From Candidatus Heimdallarchaeum aukensis (GTDB lineage Archaea; Asgardarchaeota; Heimdallarchaeia; Heimdallarchaeales; Heimdallarchaeaceae), in the NCBI GenBank assembly GCA_021513695.1, contig CP084166.1:1344001-1408000 (forward strand): a DNA stretch of 64,000 bases. Reading direction: 5' to 3'. The notes under the pieces were generated by a model, which was given only the letters and a program-made list of their open reading frames with translations, searched no databases and was not told the origin of the DNA. Position numbers and translations under genes: made by a program. Positions 48,776 to 57,649 of this stretch are shown piece by piece. How positions within the stretch are numbered: the first letter of the stretch is position 1; the number at the start of each line of letters is the position of its first letter.

Positions 48776-50173
48776 ATGTCCTCATTTTACGGTACGATTG
48801 AAGAAGAACTACCTGAATGGTATATTTTTCGAAAACCAGAAGATTTTGAAATTGATGTTAAAAAATGGTATGAATATGCTGAAAAAAGGATAGAGAAATT
48901 TGTTAATTCAGAACAAGAATTATGGTTGTTGTACAGAACAACATGGATGACAGAAGAGCAGTGGAGAGAAGTAATTGAAGAAGAAATAGGAGGACATTAT
49001 CTTCTTAGGTTAGCAGTATCTAGAAATCTCAGATTAACTTCGTGGTTAGTAGAGATTGAAGCAGATCTATTTGAGTTTCGTTTTGTTAACAGTATAACAT
49101 TTGAAGAGAAAATTAGCGTGTTGAAACATTTATATGGAGAAGATAATCTTCTAACAATTCAAGAATTAAACTTTCTTTTAAAAGAGAATAACATCCTTCT
49201 AAAATTTGGATTAGTGGAAACAGGAACAAGAAAAGTACAATACACTTCAAGAAGAAGAACCACTAAAAAGAGAGGAGGAGATCTTGAGAGATATATTGCT
49301 GTAAAATTCGACAAAATCCCAAAGGTTGTTGGAGCTAGAAAAGCTCTTCTTTACAAAGGTTGGGCAATTGTAAAAATTGCAGATATACGGTTATCAACTA
49401 AAAGAATATTTGAGAACAAACTTAGAGATATAATTAAACGCTCTGTAGAGTTTTTAGATAAGGACCCTGTTTTAGAAAATACTATTGAACCAATCAGGAA
49501 AAAAATAGAAGAAATTGCAGCAAAATCGAGTAGAAAAGCTTTTTCTGACATGGACTTTTTTAAAGATGAAAAAATGGCCCAGAGAATAGATTGTTATCCA
49601 CCTTGTATATATGAATTATTAACTAATCTCCAATCTAAAGGACATCTTGCTCACATGGAAAATTGGCAACTAGGAACTTTCCTAAAAAAAGTAGGAATGT
49701 CGATTGAGGAACAGAAACAGTTTTGGTACAAAAATTCAATAGATAATGTTGGCCAATCTTATGAAGAATTTGAAAAGAAAGTAGGATATCAAATTGAACA
49801 TATTTATGGTCTAGCAGGAGGGGGAGTAGATTACGAACCTCCAAAATGTCAAACATGCATTGATGGATATTTTTGTTTCTTTGCCCATGAAAGTATTGAG
49901 GAAATATCTAAATCTATGTCTTTACGTTTCTCAAGCATTCCAGAAGATAAGTTAATTAAAACAATAGATAAAATAACCCATTTAGTTGTTAGCGGAAGAT
50001 ATCAAGAAGCTTGTTCAGAGTATTTTAAGTTGCACACTGGGGGATTAATAGGGAGAAGAGTTAACCATATGTTAATGTATACTAAACGTGCTTACGAAAT
50101 TTTGTACGGGAAAAATAAGAAAAAAGAAGTGCTGAAAGAGGAGAGAAAAGCAGATGAAGCAAGTTTTGACTAA
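48776..50173 (+). CDS. priL: DNA primase large (regulatory) subunit PriL with a C-terminal 4Fe-4S domain
   Basis: The C-terminal domain has CYPPCIYELL...HLAHMENWQLGTFLKKVGMS...PPKCQTCIDGYFC, which gives 4 Cys. It overlaps priS by 20 nt. Confidence 0.7.
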   Translation: MSSFYGTIEEELPEWYIFRKPEDFEIDVKKWYEYAEKRIEKFVNSEQELWLLYRTTWMTEEQWREVIEEEIGGHYLLRLAVSRNLRLTSWLVEIEADLFEFRFVNSITFEEKISVLKHLYGEDNLLTIQELNFLLKENNILLKFGLVETGTRKVQYTSRRRTTKKRGGDLERYIAVKFDKIPKVVGARKALLYKGWAIVKIADIRLSTKRIFENKLRDIIKRSVEFLDKDPVLENTIEPIRKKIEEIAAKSSRKAFSDMDFFKDEKMAQRIDCYPPCIYELLTNLQSKGHLAHMENWQLGTFLKKVGMSIEEQKQFWYKNSIDNVGQSYEEFEKKVGYQIEHIYGLAGGGVDYEPPKCQTCIDGYFCFFAHESIEEISKSMSLRFSSIPEDKLIKTIDKITHLVVSGRYQEACSEYFKLHTGGLIGRRVNHMLMYTKRAYEILYGKNKKKEVLKEERKADEASFD

Positions 50174-51167
50174 GAAGCATATCAGTGAGTACTACGAAAA
50201 TCATTTTGATATTGATTCTATTATGCCTTATATAGGACTATCAGACTTTAGAAACAGAGAATTTGGTTTTGTCATTGAAGAAAGCAATAGAGAACGCTTT
50301 ATTAGAAACATTTCTTTCGGCACTAGTACTACCTTAAAAGAGTACATGGTTTCAAATAATGTTAAACACGCTTATATTGGAGCAGTTTATGATAAACCCC
50401 CATCAAATAGAAATCCTATAGGAAAAATCAAATGGGTGAGAAGAGAACTCATTTTTGATCTAGACATTGACGAATATGATGAAGTTCGAACTTGCGGGTG
50501 CAAAGGAGATGAATATTGTATTGATTGCTGGTCTCTCATTCAAGATGCTGTAATATTCATTGAAAAAACGATGAGAGAAGATTTTGGAATGCAACAAATA
50601 AAATGGATATATTCAGGTAGGAGAGGAGTTCATGGATGGATTTTAGATAGAGAGACACAATTCTATGACCAACAAGTAAGAATTGCTATACTAAACTATC
50701 TTACGTTTGTCCAAGGTAAATCTTCAGGAGAAAAGGTAGATAGAATTGATACGCTTCCTACGGAGGCAAAACCTTTGAGAAATAGAATCTATTCATTAAT
50801 TGGTAGATCTTATTTGAGCCATGTTTCTCCAGAAGAATTATATGAGATAAGCAAGGAAACAGATGCTAAAATGACTAAAAAGAGTTTAGAAACGATTATT
50901 AAGAGAGTAAAGATGAGCAAAGAATTTGATTTTAATTCTTACAGTAGGATTATGCCACCAAACAATAATTTTAGAGAGAGATTATCTCAAGAAATGATTT
51001 ATAGACGATTCCCAAGAATTGACAGAAAAGTTACAATGGATACTAGAAGAGTAAGTAGAATGCCCTATTCAATACACGGAAAAACAGGAAAAATAGCTGT
51101 AGAAATAGATGACATATTAAAATTTGATCCTTTCAATTCTCCTAGTGTTTGGGAATATGTAAAATAA
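50154..51167 (+). CDS. priS: DNA primase small (catalytic) subunit PriS
   Basis: ELIFDLDIDEY is the catalytic DxD motif. SGRRGVHGWILD matches SGGRGYH. There is an intervening Zn-knuckle, C-x-C...C-x2-C, in GCKGDEYCIDC. Confidence 0.8.
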   Translation: MKQVLTKKHISEYYENHFDIDSIMPYIGLSDFRNREFGFVIEESNRERFIRNISFGTSTTLKEYMVSNNVKHAYIGAVYDKPPSNRNPIGKIKWVRRELIFDLDIDEYDEVRTCGCKGDEYCIDCWSLIQDAVIFIEKTMREDFGMQQIKWIYSGRRGVHGWILDRETQFYDQQVRIAILNYLTFVQGKSSGEKVDRIDTLPTEAKPLRNRIYSLIGRSYLSHVSPEELYEISKETDAKMTKKSLETIIKRVKMSKEFDFNSYSRIMPPNNNFRERLSQEMIYRRFPRIDRKVTMDTRRVSRMPYSIHGKTGKIAVEIDDILKFDPFNSPSVWEYVK

Positions 51168-51176
51168 AAAAATAAA

Positions 51177-52571
51177 TCAAACATCTAAATAGGGATTAAT
51201 TTCTTTTGCCAGCTTTAAAGCTTTTTTCAGCAAAGCATTAGGGTAAGACCATTGTGTTCTAATTTCTCTAATTTTGGATTGTAATTCTTTTTTACCTAAT
51301 AAGGCAAATGAGGTAATTATAAAAGTCATTGAAACTAGTTGATTCAATTCACGTTGAATTCGTTTAATAGCTTCCTCATAAGGTTCATCTTTCAATTCAT
51401 CAAATAATTTCTTGAAGTAATCGCTTTCTCTTATGCCATGCACTATTCTATTGTCTAAATCGATTAAAGTTGCAGTCTCCTCTAGAATGTTTTTCTTCTC
51501 TAAAAATTCAAAAGTTTCTTTTGACATTCCAACAATTTTAGGAGTAAAACGTTTTTCTTCAGAGGGCCTATATTTGTCGTCTACATATTCCATATATGCA
51601 GTTTGTAGATGTTGCGTAAAAATGGCAAGGTTATCCATTACTATTCGTACAGAAACTCTATCCCCAGTAATATATATAGGCTCTCCAACAATTGCAGAAT
51701 AGATTGCTTTTCCTATATTATCTTTAACAAGTCGTAATAATAAATGAAATGAAACATGATCGCGGTTTACAAAGGCAAGTTTATTTCCTGGATCTTCAAT
51801 ATTTCTTAACTTTTCTAACATTATAGGAATAGAAATATCTTGTTTAGATAATTCACTCACTTTTTTTTCAAATAAAGGAAACATACGAAAAATTGTATAA
51901 TCTAACGCATTTGGAAAAAGCAAATAACCAATTGATAATATTTTTCCAGATTTTTTTAAGACAATAAAAGGGACAGTTTTTTCTTCAGGAAAGAGCATTA
52001 GAATACTTCGCAAATAATTTGTTTTAAGAACTTCATTTTTCTGTTTATAAAGAACATTAACAATTTTACTAAAAAAGGGCTCAACAATCCCGTCAGTTTT
52101 TAAGATAGTCCATGGATTAGTAGAAAGATCGACATCAAAATATTTGATATAGGCTAACTTTATGGGTTGGTCACTTAGAGTAATGAAAAGACGTTCAATA
52201 TCAAATAAACACTGTTCTACTAAAAGGTTAGCCTCTCCCTCTGTAAGTTCGCTAGGTTTAACGTGCTCTAGTAATTCTCCCCCAACATTCTTAATTGTTG
52301 TATATATCTCGTTTCTCTTCTTGTCTGATAACTCTGTTTCATCCATAATTTCTAAAATGAAAATGTAATCTTCTCCAATTCTAGTAGTTAATATGGTTCT
52401 ATCATGATAAGCTATTGATTGAAGTTCTCTTTTATGAATTTCATGCGAAAAAGAGATAATTGCACTAATTAGTCCTGTTGCTAGTACATGTTTTGTTTTA
52501 TCTTCAATATCTGGTTTGGTTGCGAGTAATATTCCAGCTGAGTTAACAAGCGAGAGTCTAAAACTAGGCAT
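51177..52571 (-). CDS. Hypothetical 464 aa protein with an N-terminal roadblock/longin-like domain
   Basis: FRLSLVNSAGILLATKPDIEDKTKHVLATGLISAIISFSHE...RTILTTRIGEDYIFILEI is a roadblock-like pattern. The remainder is uncharacterised. Confidence 0.35.
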   Translation of the reverse strand: MPSFRLSLVNSAGILLATKPDIEDKTKHVLATGLISAIISFSHEIHKRELQSIAYHDRTILTTRIGEDYIFILEIMDETELSDKKRNEIYTTIKNVGGELLEHVKPSELTEGEANLLVEQCLFDIERLFITLSDQPIKLAYIKYFDVDLSTNPWTILKTDGIVEPFFSKIVNVLYKQKNEVLKTNYLRSILMLFPEEKTVPFIVLKKSGKILSIGYLLFPNALDYTIFRMFPLFEKKVSELSKQDISIPIMLEKLRNIEDPGNKLAFVNRDHVSFHLLLRLVKDNIGKAIYSAIVGEPIYITGDRVSVRIVMDNLAIFTQHLQTAYMEYVDDKYRPSEEKRFTPKIVGMSKETFEFLEKKNILEETATLIDLDNRIVHGIRESDYFKKLFDELKDEPYEEAIKRIQRELNQLVSMTFIITSFALLGKKELQSKIREIRTQWSYPNALLKKALKLAKEINPYLDV

Positions 52572-52665
52572 TCTACTTTAAAGAAACTGAAGTCATTTAA
52601 GTAAATTTCCCTTACAAACTAAAAGAAAATCGAATTACAAAAAAACTAAGTTTTTAAATCCTTTA

Positions 52666-55470
52666 TTGATTTTTCTTTCAGATTTGCCAATGACTTTATC
52701 AAAAGATGAACTTAGAAAGAGATTTTCCGCAAAAGATTATGAAGTAGAGCTTTTTAGAGAAGAAGGGTTCATTAGGAAACAATGTCCTAAATGCGGACAC
52801 TTTTATTGGACTGTGAATCCTGAACAAGAAACGTGTGGAGATACTATTTGTCATGGTGGTTACAAATTTTTAGATAAAAAAGGAAAGAATTTAGATTTTG
52901 ATGAAACAATCAAGAGTCTTACTAACTTTTTTGTTAAACATGGTCACACTGCAATAAAAGATTATCCTGTTGTTGCTCGTTGGAGAGCAGATATGGAATT
53001 CACAATTGCATCAATAGCAGATTTTCAACCATGGGTTCTAAATGGAATTATTCCTCCCCCAGCTAACCCTTTAGTTGTTCCACAGTTTTGTATTAGAACT
53101 GGAGGAGAATTTAGTGATATTGATAACATTGGTAAAACAGCTAGACATCTAACAAGTTTTGTTATGTTTGGTCAACATTCATTTAACTCAAAAGAACTTA
53201 CTGATGGATATTGGATGGATAGGTGTATTGAACTTAATTTCAAGTATTTAACAGAAGAACTAGGATTAAAAAAAGAAGAAATTTCTTATTCTGAAGGAAT
53301 TTGGGCGGGAGGAGGAAACTTCGGTCCTAACTTAGAAGCTTTTGCATATGGTTCTGAACTTGTTAATAATGTTTTTATTGCTTATGGATTTGAAAATGGA
53401 ACAGTCAAAAAATTAGATATGCAAGTTATAGATGTTGGTTGGGGACTAGAAAGAGTGTCTTGGTTTACACAAGGAACACCAACGATTTATGAGGCAATTT
53501 TTCCGAAAGCTATTGAATATTTACAAAAAGAAAATGGATACAAAGCAGATCATGAACTATTGGTTAAGTACAGTAAATTAGCTGGAATGCTTGCCGTTGA
53601 TGAAGTAAAGAATCTTAAAATGGCAAGAAGAGAGATGGCCAAAAAACTCGGATTGTCATATGAAGAAATGTTAGAAAAACTTGGTCCCCAAGAAGCAATG
53701 TATGCAATAGCTGACCATACAAGAACGCTTTCTATCGCTATAGCCGATGGAGCTATTCCCTCAAATGTTGGAGGAGGATATAACTTAAGAGTGCTTCTTC
53801 GAAGGATTTTATCACTTAAGGAGATTTACAATTTAGAATTTTCTTTAGATAAATTATTTGATTTACAAATTGATCATCTCTCTGTTTCTTACCCTCGTGT
53901 AAAAGAAGGAAGGAATCAAATTCAAGAGATAGTTAATGTTGAGGTATCAAGATTTTACGAGACTAGAAAAGCGGGGAGAAAAATTGTTAGCAATATTCTA
54001 AAGAAAAAAACGAAAATAGGTTTTAACACACTAGTTGACCTTTATCAAACTAAAGGAATAAATCCTCTAATGGTAAAAGAAATTGCGAAAGAATACAATA
54101 AGACCGTGGATGTACCTGATGACTTCTACATTAAACTCAACGAATATCTCTCTGAAAAAAATGGAAATGGGATAAAGGAAGAGAAGAAGGAAGACGAGTA
54201 CGACAAGCTCTCAATTGACAGAACTTTGTACACAGAGCAAACTTATTACAAAGATGTATATGCATACAAGTTTAAGGCAAAAGTATTAGATGTAATAAAC
54301 AAGAGGTATGTTATTCTTGATAAAACATTATTTTATCCTACAGGAGGAGGACAGATACACGATACAGGAAAGCTTATTGTGGGCAAAAAACAATATAACG
54401 TTATTGATGTCGTTAAGAAAGGGCAAGCTATAATTCATAAATTAGAGACAGAAAGCGATTTAAAGAAAGGAATCACAGTTGTTGGCGAAATTGATAGAGA
54501 ACGAAGACTTGACATTATGAGACATCATACAGCAGTGCATGTAGTTAATAATGCAGCAAGAGAAGTACTAGGTTCTCATGTATGGCAAGCAGGTGCAGAT
54601 AAAACAGAAGATAAAGCTAGATTGGATATAACTCATTACAAATCAATTTCTTTCGAAGAACTTCAAAAAATAGAATACATTGCTAACGAAATTGTTCTAG
54701 AGAAAAGACCTATTAAAAAAATAGATCTAGAAAGAGATGAAGCAGAGAAAAAATTTGGTTTTACTATCTATCAAGGAGGAGTTGTCCCAGGCAAAGAATT
54801 GCATATTGTAATTATAGATGACTGGGATGTAGAAGCTTGCGGAGGAACACATCTGGATAACACAGCAGATATAGGACTTATCAAACTCGTTGGTAGCGAA
54901 AGAATACAAGATGGTGTTGTTAGATTAGAGATTGTAGCTGGGCGTAAGGCTGTTAAATATGTCCAAAAACAAGAAACAATCCTCAGAAAATCAGGGGAGA
55001 TTTTGAGTGTAAATCCTGATATTTTGCCGAAAACAATTAAACGATTCTTCGAAGAATGGAAAAAACAGAGAAAAACCATTGAAAATCTGAATAAGAAAAT
55101 TGCTGAACTTCAGTTCAGTCACGAAAAAGAAGATGTTCTAAGATTTGGAGATACAATTGTAGTGGTACAAAAAACTGAAGGTAATCAAAAAGAACTCATA
55201 TTACAGGCAAGTGAAGCAATAAAAAATAAAGAAAAAGCTGTATGTATACTATTTTCTGATTTCAAAGGGAAAGCAATTATTGTTGGAATGAAGAGCCCCA
55301 ACACACAAATTGACATAGTAAAAATAGTGAAAGATATTTCGGAGATGTTAGGTGGTTCAGGAGGAGGAAAAGGAGAACTTGCTAGAGGTGGCGGTTCAAA
55401 AGCTGAAATGATCAGCGAAGCAATTGAGAAAACAAAACAACTATTGGAAAAAGAATTAGGTGGAAAATAA
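52666..55470 (+). CDS. alaS: Alanine--tRNA ligase (archaeal type)
   Basis: 934 aa. The editing domain is HTAVHVVNNAAREVLGSHVWQAG...CGGTH, carrying the HxxxH and CxxxH zinc motifs. A C-terminal DHHA1-like segment has the GG motif. Confidence 0.9.
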   Translation: MIFLSDLPMTLSKDELRKRFSAKDYEVELFREEGFIRKQCPKCGHFYWTVNPEQETCGDTICHGGYKFLDKKGKNLDFDETIKSLTNFFVKHGHTAIKDYPVVARWRADMEFTIASIADFQPWVLNGIIPPPANPLVVPQFCIRTGGEFSDIDNIGKTARHLTSFVMFGQHSFNSKELTDGYWMDRCIELNFKYLTEELGLKKEEISYSEGIWAGGGNFGPNLEAFAYGSELVNNVFIAYGFENGTVKKLDMQVIDVGWGLERVSWFTQGTPTIYEAIFPKAIEYLQKENGYKADHELLVKYSKLAGMLAVDEVKNLKMARREMAKKLGLSYEEMLEKLGPQEAMYAIADHTRTLSIAIADGAIPSNVGGGYNLRVLLRRILSLKEIYNLEFSLDKLFDLQIDHLSVSYPRVKEGRNQIQEIVNVEVSRFYETRKAGRKIVSNILKKKTKIGFNTLVDLYQTKGINPLMVKEIAKEYNKTVDVPDDFYIKLNEYLSEKNGNGIKEEKKEDEYDKLSIDRTLYTEQTYYKDVYAYKFKAKVLDVINKRYVILDKTLFYPTGGGQIHDTGKLIVGKKQYNVIDVVKKGQAIIHKLETESDLKKGITVVGEIDRERRLDIMRHHTAVHVVNNAAREVLGSHVWQAGADKTEDKARLDITHYKSISFEELQKIEYIANEIVLEKRPIKKIDLERDEAEKKFGFTIYQGGVVPGKELHIVIIDDWDVEACGGTHLDNTADIGLIKLVGSERIQDGVVRLEIVAGRKAVKYVQKQETILRKSGEILSVNPDILPKTIKRFFEEWKKQRKTIENLNKKIAELQFSHEKEDVLRFGDTIVVVQKTEGNQKELILQASEAIKNKEKAVCILFSDFKGKAIIVGMKSPNTQIDIVKIVKDISEMLGGSGGGKGELARGGGSKAEMISEAIEKTKQLLEKELGGK

Positions 55471-55496
55471 CGAACAAAAAACAGATGAAAAATAAA

Positions 55497-55865
55497 TTAT
55501 TCTCCTGCCTTTCTTTCTTTTTGATTAGATGGGCCTAAATTTCTAATATGAATTGGGATTGTTGAAGGAATAATCATCACTGTATCTTCACTAACCATTC
55601 TAACAGTAGAGAACGATTCTGAAGCACAGAGTTTTAGAGCAGTCAAAAATCTTTTTCTACGATCTGGGTATGGGTTTATTTTTCCTATATTAAGAAAGAC
55701 TAAGTTGCCAGTTTTTACTTCATTAACAATTGGTTCAGCATTAACTACATCAGAAAGGCGATAGAATTTAACTTGAGGTTGGATTATTTTAGGTTCTTCT
55801 TTTTTTTCTTCGCTTTCCTCTTCTTTACTCTGAGCAAAAAATTTTCCTATTCTCAAGATTAGCAC
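55497..55865 (-). CDS. SepF-like (DUF552) cell-division protein candidate
   Basis: 122 aa. An acidic linker is followed by VNAEPIVNEVKTGNLVFLNIGKINPYPDRRKRFLTALKLCASESFSTVRMVSEDTVMIIPSTIPI, which resembles the SepF core. Confidence 0.4.
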   Translation of the reverse strand: MLILRIGKFFAQSKEEESEEKKEEPKIIQPQVKFYRLSDVVNAEPIVNEVKTGNLVFLNIGKINPYPDRRKRFLTALKLCASESFSTVRMVSEDTVMIIPSTIPIHIRNLGPSNQKERKAGE

Positions 55866-56009
55866 CAGTATGTTTTTTCTTCTTTTTCTCTTAAATTTAC
55901 ATTAATATCTCGACAACATGTGGGTATTACAAGAAAAGTTTTCTTTCTTAAAAAATAAAAGAGTAAGAATTTGTAAAAAATAAAATACAACAATTAAATA
56001 GAAAAAAAG

Positions 56010-57020
56010 TTATCTTTTCCAAGGATCTTTAAGATATACGGGTGCTGATGCAGCTCCTCTTTTTACAATTACATTTGCTAACTCTAAAGCATCGACAATT
56101 TCTCTAAAGCGGTTTCTTAATGTAACAGGAGTTGTTTTAGCTGCTTTAGAAACTTGTTGTTGAGTTCTTCTTTCACCTGTTCGTATTCCAGCTATATAAA
56201 TTGAAGCTGCGGCAATACTTGAAGGGTTTTTTCCAACATCCAATCGCAAATGTTTTGTCTCTTCAAGTATTTTAATTGCTTCATTTTGTGTTCTCATTGT
56301 TAATTCAAGTTCATCGCATATCTTTGAAATTAGTACTACTGGATTCACTGGAGTTGGTCTAATCTGAAGTTCTTGAACAAAAAGTCTGAAACATCGAGCT
56401 ATAACTTTTCTGTCAGCATTAATATGATTTTCAATATCCTTTAAAGTCACAGGAATATTAGATTGTCTTGCTGCGAGATATATAGCTGCAGCCACCATTG
56501 ACTCTATACTTCTTCCTCTAATCAAATCTTCTTTTAGAGCTTTTCGATAGAATGTAGCAGCGATTTCTGCAATTTCGTCACTTAACTCAAGTTGAGAACA
56601 AATTCTTTTTAGTTCTCTTAGAGCGATCCTCAAGTTTCGAATATGAGACCGAGATTCTCTCCTGTTTAATCTTCGTAATCGTCTCATTTTTGATAAAATA
56701 TTAGGATTCAATTTATTTCCATAAATATCTTTATCTCCATAACTAATGCTGGAAGATACTCCAAAATCAGTTTTTAATACAGATATAGGAGAACCTACTC
56801 TACTTCGAGAGGTTTTTTCATCCTCTGAGAAAGCTCTCCACTCAGGAGAGTGATCGATTATTTTTGACATTACTAAACCACAATTTCTACAGATCATCTC
56901 TCCACGAGTATAATCATGTTTTACATCTTTTGAACTACAATTTGGACAAACATCACTAGTGCGATTCAATGTTTTACCACTAAGGTAGTTGTTCGCACCC
57001 ACATATATAAAGGTTTCCAA
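56010..57020 (-). CDS. tfb: Transcription initiation factor IIB (TFB)
   Basis: The N-terminal Zn ribbon is CPNCSSKD...CRNCG. Two cyclin-fold repeats follow. Length is 336 aa. Confidence 0.9.
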   Translation of the reverse strand: METFIYVGANNYLSGKTLNRTSDVCPNCSSKDVKHDYTRGEMICRNCGLVMSKIIDHSPEWRAFSEDEKTSRSRVGSPISVLKTDFGVSSSISYGDKDIYGNKLNPNILSKMRRLRRLNRRESRSHIRNLRIALRELKRICSQLELSDEIAEIAATFYRKALKEDLIRGRSIESMVAAAIYLAARQSNIPVTLKDIENHINADRKVIARCFRLFVQELQIRPTPVNPVVLISKICDELELTMRTQNEAIKILEETKHLRLDVGKNPSSIAAASIYIAGIRTGERRTQQQVSKAAKTTPVTLRNRFREIVDALELANVIVKRGAASAPVYLKDPWKR

Positions 57021-57138
57021 ATAAAGTTGGCGAAACGCCCTTATTTTAAAGAATTTGCATACATACCAAAAAACCGTATCAATATATTTAAAAAATAGAT
57101 ATATAATTAATCAAATATTAATAAGTATAAGGAAAATA

Positions 57139-57468
57139 TTATTCTTCTTCATTAATTTCCTCTTCAATAAATTTGAGTAGTTTTTTTCTTGTAGCTCCAA
57201 CAAATGAATTGTGTGGTTTACCGTCTTTAAAAACGATAAATGTAGGAACACCAGTGATCATATATCGTTGTGCAATTTCAGGTTCTTCTTCGATATTGAT
57301 GCTTAAAAAACGTAATTTGTCTCCGAACTGCTCACTTAAAGTTTCAAAGTAAGGAGAAATGGACTTGCAGGGACCACAAGTCGGAGTCCAAGTATCTACA
57401 ATTATTTTTCTTTTCTCAGAAGACAATATCTTATCAAACTCGTCTTTTGTTACATGTTCTACAACCAT
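57139..57468 (-). CDS. trxA: Thioredoxin
   Basis: WTPTCGPCK is the WCGPC active site. Length is 109 aa. Confidence 0.9.
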   Translation of the reverse strand: MVVEHVTKDEFDKILSSEKRKIIVDTWTPTCGPCKSISPYFETLSEQFGDKLRFLSINIEEEPEIAQRYMITGVPTFIVFKDGKPHNSFVGATRKKLLKFIEEEINEEE

Positions 57469-57637
57469 AATAATACAACCTTTAGAGTTTTTAATCTTAC
57501 TTTGGTTGAATAATTTTAATTATTTTCCTTAAGTCACAAAAATATATTCAATCCTTCAGAATCAAAATATTTGCTTAAGGAAGATTTAAGTATTGAATTA
57601 ACAACCAAAAGATAAAGTAAAGAACATATACTTCACA

Positions 57638-57644
57638 AGGAGGA
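57638..57644 (+). promoter_or_regulatory. Shine-Dalgarno-like motif AAGGAGG, 5-6 nt upstream of the argS ATG
   Basis: acaaggaggaaaaaaATG. Confidence 0.35.
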
Positions 57645-57649
57645 AAAAA

